DNA from: an uncultured Ruminococcus sp. | GTDB taxonomy: Bacteria; Bacillota; Clostridia; Oscillospirales; CAG-272 | Length of the DNA stretch: 64,000 bases | Reading direction: 5' to 3' | Assembly (NCBI GenBank): GCA_964621755.1 | Contig: CAZUPI010000003.1 | Span: 10,006 to 74,005 of the forward strand | Shown: in pieces, positions 28,297 through 38,251 of the stretch | Layout: the number at the start of each line of letters is the position of its first letter | Position numbering within the stretch: the first letter of the stretch is position 1 | Program-made: the position numbers and the translations under genes | Notes under the pieces: generated by a model | Told to the model about the DNA's origin: nothing | Databases searched by the model: none | The model's input: only the letters and a program-made list of their open reading frames with translations

Positions 28297-30074
28297 AAAG
28301 ACGTTTGAAAAATATGGTCTACTTGCTCTCCTATGCGTGGGGAAAAGGCAGACTTATCTTTTTCACTACAGCGGGAACAGCGACGTTTCACGCGTTGCTT
28401 CCTCTTATCGATATTGCGGGTCTTGGACTTGTTGTCGAGGCGCTGACGAATGGAAAGTCCAAACAGGATGTGGTACGGCTGATTCTGTTATATCTGGCGC
28501 TTAATCTCGTAATTGCGGTTTTGAAGCAGCTTTTGACGCTGGCGGACAACAATATAAAGCGCAAAGTGTCCGATATCACCCAACTCGACTATATGCGAGA
28601 CTGCATCTACATCAACTATCACTATGCGCAGGACGGCAGTATTCTTGACCTCAAAAAGAAATCTATGGGGACGCATCCCGTGTGGTTCCTGAATAATCTC
28701 GGGGTGCTGCTCCAATATCTTGTGCAGTTTGCGGGCGTGGCGTACCTTTTTGCCGTGTTCAGTCCGCTGTTTCTTTTTCTCCTTCTTCTGACCTCTGCCT
28801 TCTCCCTCTATCTTTCCTTCAGAGAGCAGCGGTTGGATTTTGAATATCGGAACGACAGTGCAGAGGATGAGCGAATGATGGCGTACTTATACGAAACCAT
28901 GTCGGATGACCGTTATGCGAAAGAGGTGCGCATCAACCGCGCAGGAGGGCTTCTTGAAACGAAGTATTCAGAACGGTATGCGAGTTTTATGCGGAGACGA
29001 AAGCATCTCGCCAATCAAACCTTGGGAATCCATACAGTCAGTACCGTCATTACGATTATCCAGACGGCAGCGATGTATCTGTATTTTTCCTATCAGGTTT
29101 CCATTTCCGAAATCAGCATCGGTGAGTATACGGTTTTGCTTGGTGCAACGACACTTCTGACTTCCCTTTTGGTCGGATTTTTTCATCATACAGCCAGCCG
29201 CGGTACGCTGGACTATACGGAACTGTTTCGACAATACCGGAACCATGCGGCACAAAACAGCGGCATTTTTGCAAGCTGCGCCCTTTCTATGCCCGAAATC
29301 GACCGACAAAGCCTGCGGATTTCATTTGAAAACGTTTCGTTTACCTACCCCGGTGCGGAGCATCCGATTCTTGAAGCCGTCAGCTTCACTATAGAGCCGG
29401 GAGAGAAAATCGGAATTGTGGGACTGAACGGCTCGGGTAAAACCACCCTGATCAAGCTCCTGTGCCGTCTGTATGACCCGACTGACGGCAGAATTACCCT
29501 AAACGGTATCGATATCCGAAACATTCCGCATAACGAATACACAAAGCTCATCGGGATTGTCCTACAGGACTTTTGCCTGTTTGCCTACTCGGTGAAGGAA
29601 AATGTGGTATTCGATTCGCCGGCGGATGAAGAGCGGTTTGGGGCAAGCATCCAAAAAAGCGGTCTTTCAGATAAAATCGCGTCTCTGCGTGACGGCGTGC
29701 ATACCTCCGTTTATAAAACGTTCGACGACAGCGGAGTGGAGTTCTCCGGCGGGGAAGGGCAGAAGCTCGCACTTGCCCGCGCCATCTATAAAGAAGCCGG
29801 CATTCTGATTCTCGATGAACCGACCTCGGCCCTCGACCCCTTGGCTGAGCACAAGTTGTTTTCCAGCCTTTCCGAAATTGCCGACGGGAAAACTACTTTG
29901 TTTATCTCCCATCGACTGTCGTCCACAAAATTTTGTGACCGGATTCTGGTACTCGCGGACGGAAAAATCGCGGAAACCGGCAGCCACGGGGAACTGATGC
30001 GGAAAAACGGGATTTACGCCGATTTATTTTCCGCACAGGCGAGATATTACGAAGCACCGGAGGCAATAAAATGA
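28293..30074 (+). CDS. ABC exporter half-transporter (TMD+NBD)
   Basis: AKEVRI, GLNGSGKTT, FSGGEGQK, LDEPTSALD, ISHRLS; start ATG 28293. Confidence 0.9.
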   Translation: MKRRLKNMVYLLSYAWGKGRLIFFTTAGTATFHALLPLIDIAGLGLVVEALTNGKSKQDVVRLILLYLALNLVIAVLKQLLTLADNNIKRKVSDITQLDYMRDCIYINYHYAQDGSILDLKKKSMGTHPVWFLNNLGVLLQYLVQFAGVAYLFAVFSPLFLFLLLLTSAFSLYLSFREQRLDFEYRNDSAEDERMMAYLYETMSDDRYAKEVRINRAGGLLETKYSERYASFMRRRKHLANQTLGIHTVSTVITIIQTAAMYLYFSYQVSISEISIGEYTVLLGATTLLTSLLVGFFHHTASRGTLDYTELFRQYRNHAAQNSGIFASCALSMPEIDRQSLRISFENVSFTYPGAEHPILEAVSFTIEPGEKIGIVGLNGSGKTTLIKLLCRLYDPTDGRITLNGIDIRNIPHNEYTKLIGIVLQDFCLFAYSVKENVVFDSPADEERFGASIQKSGLSDKIASLRDGVHTSVYKTFDDSGVEFSGGEGQKLALARAIYKEAGILILDEPTSALDPLAEHKLFSSLSEIADGKTTLFISHRLSSTKFCDRILVLADGKIAETGSHGELMRKNGIYADLFSAQARYYEAPEAIK

Positions 30075-31840
30075 AAAAGCGAATGCATAAATTACGAATT
30101 CCCTATGAAATTCTCCGGCTTCTGACAGAATATGAGCCGTCGTATCTTTGGTGGTCTCTGCCGCAGATTGTGACAAGCTCCCTTCTCCCCCTGCTTGCCG
30201 TCTACATGCCAAAACGGATTCTGGAGACCCTGACTGACGGGAGTCCGTATCTGTCGACAGCTCGCGTGATTGCAATATATTGTGGGATTTTACTGCTGCT
30301 GCGCATTCTGAATGATTTTTTTTCATACAATAGTGAGCTTGCGGCGGAACAATTTGCAGAGCATCTTCGGTTTGAAATCGGGAAAATAACCATGCGGCTG
30401 GAAATGAAGGATATCGAAACCGCTACCCAACGGGAAATCATTCAGATGGCAAATAACGCCGCAGGCCTGACGGAAATACTCGGGATTATCAAACAGATGC
30501 TCTCCAATATTATCAGCATTGCGGGGCTTGCGTGGATTACCGTACAGCTGAACGCGGTCTTTCTGCTTGCGATTTTTGTGGTCTTATCGGTCAAAACGCT
30601 GTTCACCTGCCTGCAGTTCAAATACAGAAAAAAATCACGTGAACTATCTGCCAGAAACGACCGTATCGGGAGCTATCTGAATGGACTAGCGTATTTTAAT
30701 CACGGCGCGGAAAAAGAACTGCGTCTGAACAATCTTCAGAAATGGTTCATGGGTAAAATTGTAAAGTATCGCGGTGAAATGCTTCGGATACAATACCGGG
30801 AGTTTCGTCAATATGCGATTTTTGAGAGTATCATGGCGGTATTGATGGCTGTGCAGTCGCTGGTGGTTCTCCTGCTCCTTGGGGAAAACTATATAGACCG
30901 CACGATTACCATTGCGGATTTCACCATGTATTTTTCTGCTGTGACGACGCTGACCACCTCTCTTCATGCTTTTACGCAGCAAATCAGGAGATACAACGAA
31001 CAGGTCTTGAATTTTATAGATTACCGAAAGCTGCTCGAACTGCTGTCAAGGAGAGAAAACGACACGCCGGGTCACTCGACGGGGATTCCGAAGCAGATTC
31101 AAATTGTCTTTGATGACGTATCGTTTGCCTATCCGGGAAGTGACAAAAACGCACTGGAACACATCCGTCTCACCATATCAGATGGGGAAAAGCTCATGCT
31201 CGTAGGCCTGAACGGCTCGGGAAAAACAACGCTCATCAAGCTGTTATGCAAATTGTACCGCCCGACGGCGGGAACAATCACGCTGAACGGGCAGGATATC
31301 TGGAGTATTCCAAACCGTGTATATTATCAAGGGGTCAGTGCGGTATTTCAGGATTATAAAAATTTCGCCTTTTCGCTCGCGGAAAATATTTTGTTGAATG
31401 AGACGCCGGAGCGAAAACGGATTGCCGCGATTTTGAGAGAGCTTGGAATGGAAGAATTCCTGAAGACGTCGCCGAAAGGCTTAGATACCTGTCTGACAAG
31501 GAATTTTGATTCGGACGGAGTGGAACTATCGGGAGGACAGGACCAGAAACTTGCCATTGCCCGGGCGATTTATAAAAATACGCCGCTGTTGATTCTCGAT
31601 GAGCCTACTGCCTCACTGGATGCAAAGGCCGAAAGCGAGCTTTATATGGATTTCTGGAAAATGGCACGCGGAAAAACCGCAATTTTTATCAGTCATCGTC
31701 TGGCGGCATCCACTTTGGCGGAGCGAATTGCCATATTAGAGAACGGAAAAATTGTGGAGTATGGCAGTCATACGGAGCTTTTAGAGCACGGCGGACTGTA
31801 TGCGGATATGTATGCGAAGCAGAGCAGACCGTATGCCTGA
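30071..31840 (+). CDS. ABC exporter half-transporter (TMD+NBD), paralogous partner
   Basis: EKELRL, GLNGSGKTT, LSGGQDQK, LDEPTASLD; ATGA overlap. Confidence 0.9.
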   Translation: MKKRMHKLRIPYEILRLLTEYEPSYLWWSLPQIVTSSLLPLLAVYMPKRILETLTDGSPYLSTARVIAIYCGILLLLRILNDFFSYNSELAAEQFAEHLRFEIGKITMRLEMKDIETATQREIIQMANNAAGLTEILGIIKQMLSNIISIAGLAWITVQLNAVFLLAIFVVLSVKTLFTCLQFKYRKKSRELSARNDRIGSYLNGLAYFNHGAEKELRLNNLQKWFMGKIVKYRGEMLRIQYREFRQYAIFESIMAVLMAVQSLVVLLLLGENYIDRTITIADFTMYFSAVTTLTTSLHAFTQQIRRYNEQVLNFIDYRKLLELLSRRENDTPGHSTGIPKQIQIVFDDVSFAYPGSDKNALEHIRLTISDGEKLMLVGLNGSGKTTLIKLLCKLYRPTAGTITLNGQDIWSIPNRVYYQGVSAVFQDYKNFAFSLAENILLNETPERKRIAAILRELGMEEFLKTSPKGLDTCLTRNFDSDGVELSGGQDQKLAIARAIYKNTPLLILDEPTASLDAKAESELYMDFWKMARGKTAIFISHRLAASTLAERIAILENGKIVEYGSHTELLEHGGLYADMYAKQSRPYA

Positions 31841-32007
31841 CGCAATGCAGAACTTTGGGTGTAGTTTTAATTTCTATGTTTTCTCTCGAAAAAAGTCGGC
31901 CCCGCAAGCCGTGTGACCGCCGCAGATACTTGAAATTAAGGAATAATTATGGTATCATATTGACAATACTATCGATACTTGAATGATACGATATATGAGG
32001 TATCGAT

Positions 32008-32133
32008 ATGCGCGCTTACCATTTTTTTATGAAATTCATGCGGAGCTTTTTTATCGGCTTTTGTGCAGCCGCAGCTATCCTGACGATTCTCGCCGCCGCG
32101 GGAATGGTCGTATACCGGATGTATCTGGTGTAA
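32008..32133 (+). CDS. 41-aa single-TM small protein (not in the ORF track)
   Basis: GAGGT RBS; MRAYHFFMKFMRSFFIGFCAAAAILTILAAAGMVVYRMYLV*. Confidence 0.5.
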   Translation: MRAYHFFMKFMRSFFIGFCAAAAILTILAAAGMVVYRMYLV

Positions 32134-32182
32134 TGTGGGGAGCGAAAGCAGCTTCCGCACATCCGAGGGAGGATTGCACCCG

Positions 32183-32872
32183 ATGCGCCTTGATAAATAT
32201 CTGGCCGACAGCGGCATGTTCTCGCGCAGTGAGGCGGGACGCGCCGTCCGTTCGGGAAGAGTTGCTGTGGATGGAGCTGCTGTCCGCGATCCGTCCGTGA
32301 AGATTGACGAAAATACTGCCGCCGTAACGGTTGACGGTCAGACAGTGCGATGGTCGAAGTATAAGTACATTATGCTCAATAAACCGGCGGACTATGTAAG
32401 CACGACCGACAACGATCCAAAATCGGTCATGAAGCTGCTTCCTCAGGAGTTCTCAAGGCTCGGTATGTTCCCCTGCGGCAGACTTGACATGGATACTGTC
32501 GGACTTCTGCTTGTCACAAACGACGGTCCGACTGCGCACGGGCTTTTGTCCCCCAAGCATCACCGTGAAAAGACGTACCGCTTCACATGCCTGCCTCTCA
32601 CGATGGACATGAAGCGAAAGCTTGAGTCCGGGGTTACGCTGTCTGACTTCACCTCAAAGCCGTGCATCGTACAGCTTGATGACGCCACCCATGGTCAAAT
32701 CACCGTCACGGAAGGAAAGTACCATCAAATTAAGCGGATGTTCCACGCGGTGGGCAGCGAGATAACGTATCTCGAACGCCTGACCTTTGCGGGCCTTACG
32801 CTGGATAAAAAACTGGAGCGCGGTCAGTGGCGCGAGCTCACTGATGAGGAAATCAACATTTTAACAAAGTAA
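32183..32872 (+). CDS. rsuA: RsuA-family 16S rRNA pseudouridine synthase
   Basis: MRLDKYL S4 domain, LNKP, GRLD catalytic motif, EGKYHQIKRMF; GGAGG RBS. Confidence 0.9.
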   Translation: MRLDKYLADSGMFSRSEAGRAVRSGRVAVDGAAVRDPSVKIDENTAAVTVDGQTVRWSKYKYIMLNKPADYVSTTDNDPKSVMKLLPQEFSRLGMFPCGRLDMDTVGLLLVTNDGPTAHGLLSPKHHREKTYRFTCLPLTMDMKRKLESGVTLSDFTSKPCIVQLDDATHGQITVTEGKYHQIKRMFHAVGSEITYLERLTFAGLTLDKKLERGQWRELTDEEINILTK

Positions 32873-32929
32873 CGTGGAGGGGTTCGGGAAAAGCCGTACC
32901 CTTTCCGAAGCTTTACACCGGAGAAAACA

Positions 32930-35074
32930 ATGGAGATATTACAGCGATTATCTGATGAACTAAACATTCCGCTCGACCGGCTGACCGCTACTGTGGCGCT
33001 GCTCGACGACGGAAATACGGTGCCGTTCGTGGCGCGATACCGGAAAGAAGTGACCGGCGGACTTGACGACACTGTACTGCGCGGACTCTGTGACCGGCTT
33101 ACTTATCTGCGAAATCTCGAAAAACGCAAGGATGAGGTGAGGGCTCTCATTGAGGCGCAGGGAAAGCTGACCGATGAAATCGTCGCCGCCATCGGCAAGG
33201 CCGAAACCGTGACGGAGGTGGATGACGTTTATCGTCCGTTCAGGCCGAAACGCCGTACGCGCGCATCAGTTGCGAGAGAGCGCGGTCTGGAACCTCTTGC
33301 CGACCTTTTAATGAAGCAGGAGCGCTCGTACGTGCCTTCGATTGAGGAGGCGGCGGCTACATATATTAAGGAAGAAAACGGGGTTGAGAGCGTTGAGGAT
33401 GCGCTGGCCGGCGCGCGGGATATCCTTGCCGAGAACGTATCGGACAACGCCGAGTACCGCCGTGAGATTCGCAGGCTGACCGAAAAATACGGTGTGATTA
33501 CCACGAAAAAGCTTGAAAACGCGGCTGTTGTATACGAACAGTATTTTGACTATTCCGAAGCGGTTGCCAAAATCCCACCGCACCGCGTTCTGGCCATTAA
33601 CCGTGGCGAAAAGGAGGACGCGCTGTCTGTTTCGATTGTCATAGAACGGGATGTTATTTTGAACTATCTCTTTTCGGAGGTTGTGGTCAATCCGAAAAGT
33701 CCTGCATTTGCGCACATCTCCGCAGCGGTGTGCGACTCGTACGACCGGCTTATCGCGCCGTCCGTGGAGCGGGAAATCCGGAATGACCTGACGGACCGCG
33801 CGAGCGAGAGTGCAATTGCGCTGTTTTCCGTGAATTTGAAAAATCTGCTTTTGCAGTCGCCGCTGAAGGGGAAGACGGTGCTGGGGTTTGACCCGGGCTA
33901 CCGTACCGGATGCAAGCTCGCCGTGGTGACGAAAACGGGCGCAGTGGTGGATACGGCGGTGATTTACCCTACCAAGCCGCACGAGCGCATCGCAGACGCG
34001 AAGAGAATCGTACGCGGGCTGATTGAGAAGTACGGCGTTGACGTAGTGGCGATTGGAAACGGGACGGCGTCGGGAGAGTCGGAGATGTTCATCGCGGACC
34101 TGCTCCGCGAGATGGGCGGAAAGACCAAGTACATCATTGTATCGGAAGCCGGGGCGTCGGTGTACTCCGCGTCGGAGCTGGGAGCGGAGGAATTCCCGGA
34201 TTTTGACGTCACGGAGCGGAGCGCGGCATCGATTGCAAGACGGTTACAGGACCCGCTCGCAGAGCTTGTAAAGATTGACCCGAAGTCCATCGGGGTAGGG
34301 CAGTACCAGCACGATATGAAGCCGGCACGTCTTGACGAAGCGTTGACGGGTGTTGTGGAGGATGCGGTAAACGCGGTTGGCGTAGATGTCAATACGGCGT
34401 CGTATTCGCTGCTCTCGTACATTGCGGGAATCAACGCGATTTCGGCGAAAAACATAGTGAAGTATCGCGAGGCGAACGGGGAATTCCGGACACGGCGGGA
34501 GATTCTGAAAGTGCCGCGGTTTGGTGCGAAGGCGTTCCAGCAGGCGGCGGGGTTCCTGCGAATCCCGGGCGGGGACGAAATTCTGGACAACACGGGCGTT
34601 CACCCGGAGTCGTACGAAATCACGAAGAAGCTCATTGAGAAGTTTGGCCACACACTGTCAGATGTACGCGGTGGTTTGTCGCTCACAGGCGAAGCGAAGA
34701 AATACGGCATAAAAAAGCTGGCGGCGGAGCTGGAATGCGGCGAGCCGACGCTCGAAGACATTCTGCGTGAGATTGAGAAGCCGGGACGTGACATACGTGA
34801 CAGCCTGCCGCCGCCGATACTGCGCGATAAAGTACTGTCCATAGAGGACCTCGAAGTCGGCATGACAATGACGGGCACAGTACGCAACGTCATCGACTTT
34901 GGTGCTTTCGTTGACATCGGCGTTCACCAGGATGGCCTTGTCCACATCAGCGAAATTTCTGACCGCTATATCAAACATCCGTCCGAAGTCCTATCCGTGG
35001 GTGATGTCGTAACCGTGAAAATTAAGTCCGTGGATGTGAAAAAGGGGAGAATTGGGCTGACGATGAGAGGATGA
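32930..35074 (+). CDS. tex: Tex transcriptional accessory protein (S1 domain)
   Basis: GNTVPFVARYRKE, DPGYRTGCK, EAGASVYS, SIGVGQYQHD, FGAFVDIG. Confidence 0.95.
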   Translation: MEILQRLSDELNIPLDRLTATVALLDDGNTVPFVARYRKEVTGGLDDTVLRGLCDRLTYLRNLEKRKDEVRALIEAQGKLTDEIVAAIGKAETVTEVDDVYRPFRPKRRTRASVARERGLEPLADLLMKQERSYVPSIEEAAATYIKEENGVESVEDALAGARDILAENVSDNAEYRREIRRLTEKYGVITTKKLENAAVVYEQYFDYSEAVAKIPPHRVLAINRGEKEDALSVSIVIERDVILNYLFSEVVVNPKSPAFAHISAAVCDSYDRLIAPSVEREIRNDLTDRASESAIALFSVNLKNLLLQSPLKGKTVLGFDPGYRTGCKLAVVTKTGAVVDTAVIYPTKPHERIADAKRIVRGLIEKYGVDVVAIGNGTASGESEMFIADLLREMGGKTKYIIVSEAGASVYSASELGAEEFPDFDVTERSAASIARRLQDPLAELVKIDPKSIGVGQYQHDMKPARLDEALTGVVEDAVNAVGVDVNTASYSLLSYIAGINAISAKNIVKYREANGEFRTRREILKVPRFGAKAFQQAAGFLRIPGGDEILDNTGVHPESYEITKKLIEKFGHTLSDVRGGLSLTGEAKKYGIKKLAAELECGEPTLEDILREIEKPGRDIRDSLPPPILRDKVLSIEDLEVGMTMTGTVRNVIDFGAFVDIGVHQDGLVHISEISDRYIKHPSEVLSVGDVVTVKIKSVDVKKGRIGLTMRG

Positions 35075-35075
35075 C

Positions 35076-35125
35076 GGGGCGCTGCCCCCAGCCCACGCAT
35101 AGGAACCTTCTCTCAAATTTCTCAA
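35076..35125 (+). repeat. GGGGCGCTGCCCC-headed intergenic repeat, truncated
   Basis: GGGGCGCTGCCCCCAGCCCACGCATAGGAACCTT; same head at 44455 and inverted near 61553-61565. Confidence 0.65.
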
Positions 35126-35353
35126 TTGAATTCTAATTTTATTAGAGCCGCAGGCGCAACGGGGATTTGCAAAAAAGTGGGAATCGGAAAGTGAAAATGT
35201 GCAGAATGCACAAAGTATGAATTTAAATTTCGGTAAAAAAAACTCTTTAAAAATATAGTGTAATTTGGTACAATATACATCAGTAAATAGTATGGACACA
35301 TGTCCGCGCGTAAATTTAAAATTGTATATAATATATCCAAGGAGGATTTATTA

Positions 35354-36466
35354 ATGGCAAGCTTATCCCTCAAACACATTTATAAGAAATATCCAGGCGG
35401 CGTTACAGCCGTTAGCGACTTCTGCCTTGAAATCAAAGATAAGGAATTCTTAATTCTCGTAGGACCTTCCGGATGTGGCAAGACAACCACGCTCCGTATG
35501 ATTGCAGGTCTTGAAGAAATCACAGAAGGCGAACTCTTCATCGGCGACAAGCTCGTAAATGACGTTGCTCCAAAGGACCGCGATATCGCGATGGTGTTCC
35601 AGAACTACGCTCTTTATCCGCATATGTCCGTATTTGATAACATGGCATTCGGTCTTAAGCTCCGCAAGACACCGAAGGAAGAAATCAAGCGCCGCGTAGA
35701 AGAAGCTGCCCGTATTCTTGATATCACTCACCTCCTTGACAGAAAGCCGAAGGCTCTTTCCGGCGGTCAGAAGCAGCGTGTTGCTCTTGGGCGCGCTATC
35801 GTTCGTAACCCGAAGGTCTTCCTTCTCGACGAGCCTCTTTCCAACCTTGACGCTAAGCTCCGTGCTGCCATGAGAACTGAGCTTACCAAAATTCACCAGA
35901 GAGTCGGTACAACATTCGTATACGTAACGCACGACCAGACAGAAGCTATGACGATGGCTACCCGTATCGTTGTTATGAAGGACGGTCTCATTCAGCAGGT
36001 TGATACTCCTCAGAACCTCTATGACTTCCCTGTAAACCTCTTCGTTGCAGGCTTCATTGGAACGCCTCAGATGAACTTCATCAACTGTGTTCTTGAAAAG
36101 AAGGGCGAAGACCTCTACATCACATTCGGCTCCAACTCCCTCAAGCTGCCGGCTGAAAAGGCTAACAATCCTGCGCTTAAGGATTACATCGGCAAGGAAG
36201 TTGTTGTAGGTATCCGTCCCGAATGTATCCACGACGACGCTGCATCCATCAAGGCGATGTCCGATTCCGTAATCGAAACAGACGTAGAAGTAACAGAGCT
36301 TATGGGCGCTGAAATCTACCTCTATCTCGTAGCAGAAGAAACCAACATGATCGCGCGTGTATCCGCTCGTTCCACTGCTCGTGCAGGCGACATTATCAAC
36401 GTTGCGTTCGATATGTCCAGAGTTCACATCTTCGACAAGGATACCGAACGTTACATCGTTCACTAA
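35354..36466 (+). CDS. msmX: Shared sugar ABC ATPase (MsmX/MsmK/UgpC)
   Basis: GPSGCGKT, PKDRDIAMVFQNYALYPH, LSGGQKQR; stand-alone gene with strong codon bias; AAGGAGG RBS. Confidence 0.9.
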   Translation: MASLSLKHIYKKYPGGVTAVSDFCLEIKDKEFLILVGPSGCGKTTTLRMIAGLEEITEGELFIGDKLVNDVAPKDRDIAMVFQNYALYPHMSVFDNMAFGLKLRKTPKEEIKRRVEEAARILDITHLLDRKPKALSGGQKQRVALGRAIVRNPKVFLLDEPLSNLDAKLRAAMRTELTKIHQRVGTTFVYVTHDQTEAMTMATRIVVMKDGLIQQVDTPQNLYDFPVNLFVAGFIGTPQMNFINCVLEKKGEDLYITFGSNSLKLPAEKANNPALKDYIGKEVVVGIRPECIHDDAASIKAMSDSVIETDVEVTELMGAEIYLYLVAEETNMIARVSARSTARAGDIINVAFDMSRVHIFDKDTERYIVH

Positions 36467-36485
36467 TATCGGCAAAACTTTACAC

Positions 36486-36516
36486 AGAGCCGCTTCTGTT
36501 TCGAAGCGGTTCTTTT
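36486..36516 (+). terminator. Rho-independent terminator of msmX
   Basis: AGAGCCGCTTC-N6-GAAGCGGTTCT followed by Ts. Confidence 0.8.
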
Positions 36517-36533
36517 CATAACAGGTGACACGT

Positions 36534-36649
36534 ATGATTTACTATACCGACAACACCATTACCGTTTGCCTGATGATGGAATCTGACGCGTACGCGATAT
36601 ACGACATTTACCTCTCTTGATGAACTGGACGAGCAAGAAATTAAAGTGA
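36534..36649 (+). pseudogene. Possible internally deleted GNAT acetyltransferase remnant
   Basis: RBS AGGTGA then MIYYTDNTITVCLMMESDAYAIY..., followed by ...WTSKKLK*; resembles joined N- and C-termini of clostridial GNATs. Confidence 0.3.
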
Positions 36650-36693
36650 GACTCACCGCGTGGGTCCCAGAATCCCCAAAAGGAGAATTACAT

Positions 36694-38115
36694 ATGTATC
36701 GTTATCCAAATGTGACTGAAAAGCTGGAGCCGAATACTGCTTATGCAATTGGGTTCGCGAGGTTTGACAGAAAGTCGCCGTCGGGACTGTATCATGATTT
36801 GCGCCCGTTTCAGGATGACCGCAGGATCTTGCGCAATCCCCATAAAGGATGGTATTGGCATTATATTGACAACGGATATCTGCGGGACAATTATCGCGTG
36901 CATCATGACCCGGCTGACCATCTTGAGCGGTTTCCGGGACTGAATCACCTCTATCTCCGCTTCGACTGGGGCGATATCGAGAAGGAAAAGGGTGTGTACG
37001 ACTGGTCTTATATCGACCAGATTATGGAGGAGTGGGGAAAATACGACTACCGCTTCTCTATGCGCTTTGTCACTTACGAGGGAGCAGGCGAAATTCCGTT
37101 TGCGACGCCGGAGTACGTCTATCAAGAGGGTGCGCGCGGATACGCACTTCCCGGCGGCAGGCTGGAGCCGGACTATGGAGACCCAGTGTTCCTCGAAAAT
37201 CTTGAGCGGTTCATGGAAGAGGCGGGCAGACGCTTCAACGGCGACCCCAGAATCGAGCTGGTCGATGTGGGAACGTTTGGAACGTGGGGCGAAGGGCATA
37301 CCGGAAACGGCAGCGATATCATTTACCCCGCCGAAGTCATCAAAAAGCATATCGACCTCACCAGAAAATACTTCCCCGACACTTTCGTTATTCTCAACGA
37401 CGACCACATCAACCACCGCTGGTCGCGCGGATGGGAGGAAAATATGGACCTTATCGAATATGCCGCATCGCGCGGACTCGGGCTCGACGACGACTCGGTC
37501 TGCGTGCGGTACTATGCGGAGCACTGCGGGTACAACACGCTTCGCTCTCCGTGGCTGTTCGACTATTTTTACCCAAACGCGCCCATTGTCCTTGAGTTTG
37601 AGCACTACCAAAGTGTGGCGGCGGAGGTTTTCAAGGGCGGCTTCCCGTTCGTTGACGCCATGCGCCGCACTGGATGCACCTTCGCGGGATTCCACGGCTA
37701 CCCGGTCCCGTGGCTTGAGCGGGAGCCATACCTCACCGAATACGCCGCAAACCGCCTCGGTTACTGGTACTTCCTCGACGGTGCGGAGGTCGGAAATATG
37801 ACCGCCGGGTGCCCGAGCAGTGTCGTCCTCTACGTCGAAAACCGCGGTTTCGCTAAGGCATACCACCGTTATCAAGCGAAACTGAAGCTCGAGGGAGACG
37901 GCGGCTGCTATGTTGAGAACGTAGATTGTGACAACCGGCAGTGGGAGGCTGGACAAATCACCCGCGTCCCCTTGACCGTCACGCCCCTGCGCGGTATGAC
38001 CGGCAATTATCGCTTGTCCGCGGGTTTTTTTGAGTATGACCGCCCCATCGAGCTGGCAATGAAAGATAAGGACTCCGCCGGCTATTATCCAATATGTGAT
38101 GTGATTATAAAATAG
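36694..38115 (+). CDS. DUF4832-type putative glycoside hydrolase (GH-A-like barrel), no signal peptide
   Basis: LRNPHKGW, YLRFDWGDIE..GVYDW, GTFGTWGEGH, NRLGY and NRGFAKAY motifs; AAGGAG RBS. Confidence 0.7.
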   Translation: MYRYPNVTEKLEPNTAYAIGFARFDRKSPSGLYHDLRPFQDDRRILRNPHKGWYWHYIDNGYLRDNYRVHHDPADHLERFPGLNHLYLRFDWGDIEKEKGVYDWSYIDQIMEEWGKYDYRFSMRFVTYEGAGEIPFATPEYVYQEGARGYALPGGRLEPDYGDPVFLENLERFMEEAGRRFNGDPRIELVDVGTFGTWGEGHTGNGSDIIYPAEVIKKHIDLTRKYFPDTFVILNDDHINHRWSRGWEENMDLIEYAASRGLGLDDDSVCVRYYAEHCGYNTLRSPWLFDYFYPNAPIVLEFEHYQSVAAEVFKGGFPFVDAMRRTGCTFAGFHGYPVPWLEREPYLTEYAANRLGYWYFLDGAEVGNMTAGCPSSVVLYVENRGFAKAYHRYQAKLKLEGDGGCYVENVDCDNRQWEAGQITRVPLTVTPLRGMTGNYRLSAGFFEYDRPIELAMKDKDSAGYYPICDVIIK

Positions 38116-38182
38116 TTACTTGATAATAGACAAATCGTATCAAAAAGGGGCGGAAAACATCGAAAAAAATGTGAATGTGCAC

Positions 38183-38211
38183 TTGACTGAGCGTGAAAAA
38201 CACGATATAAT
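38183..38211 (+). promoter_or_regulatory. Sigma-A promoter TTGACT-17-TATAAT
   Basis: Near-consensus hexamers upstream of 38252. Confidence 0.7.
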
Positions 38212-38251
38212 ATGTACGGAAAATAAATTTTATGGAGCAATTGGAGACGGT

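Noticed and set aside
27595-31840. RiPP/bacteriocin cluster around XRE plus two ABC exporters
   Set aside because: No precursor peptide, modification enzyme or C39 peptidase domain visible
31983-32300. 105-aa ORF upstream of rsuA
   Set aside because: Overlaps rsuA and lacks an RBS; the 41-aa ORF in another frame fits better
35450-37956. Long antisense ORFs (341 aa and 422 aa) opposite msmX and the DUF4832 gene
   Set aside because: Same shadow effect; the sense genes have clear family motifs
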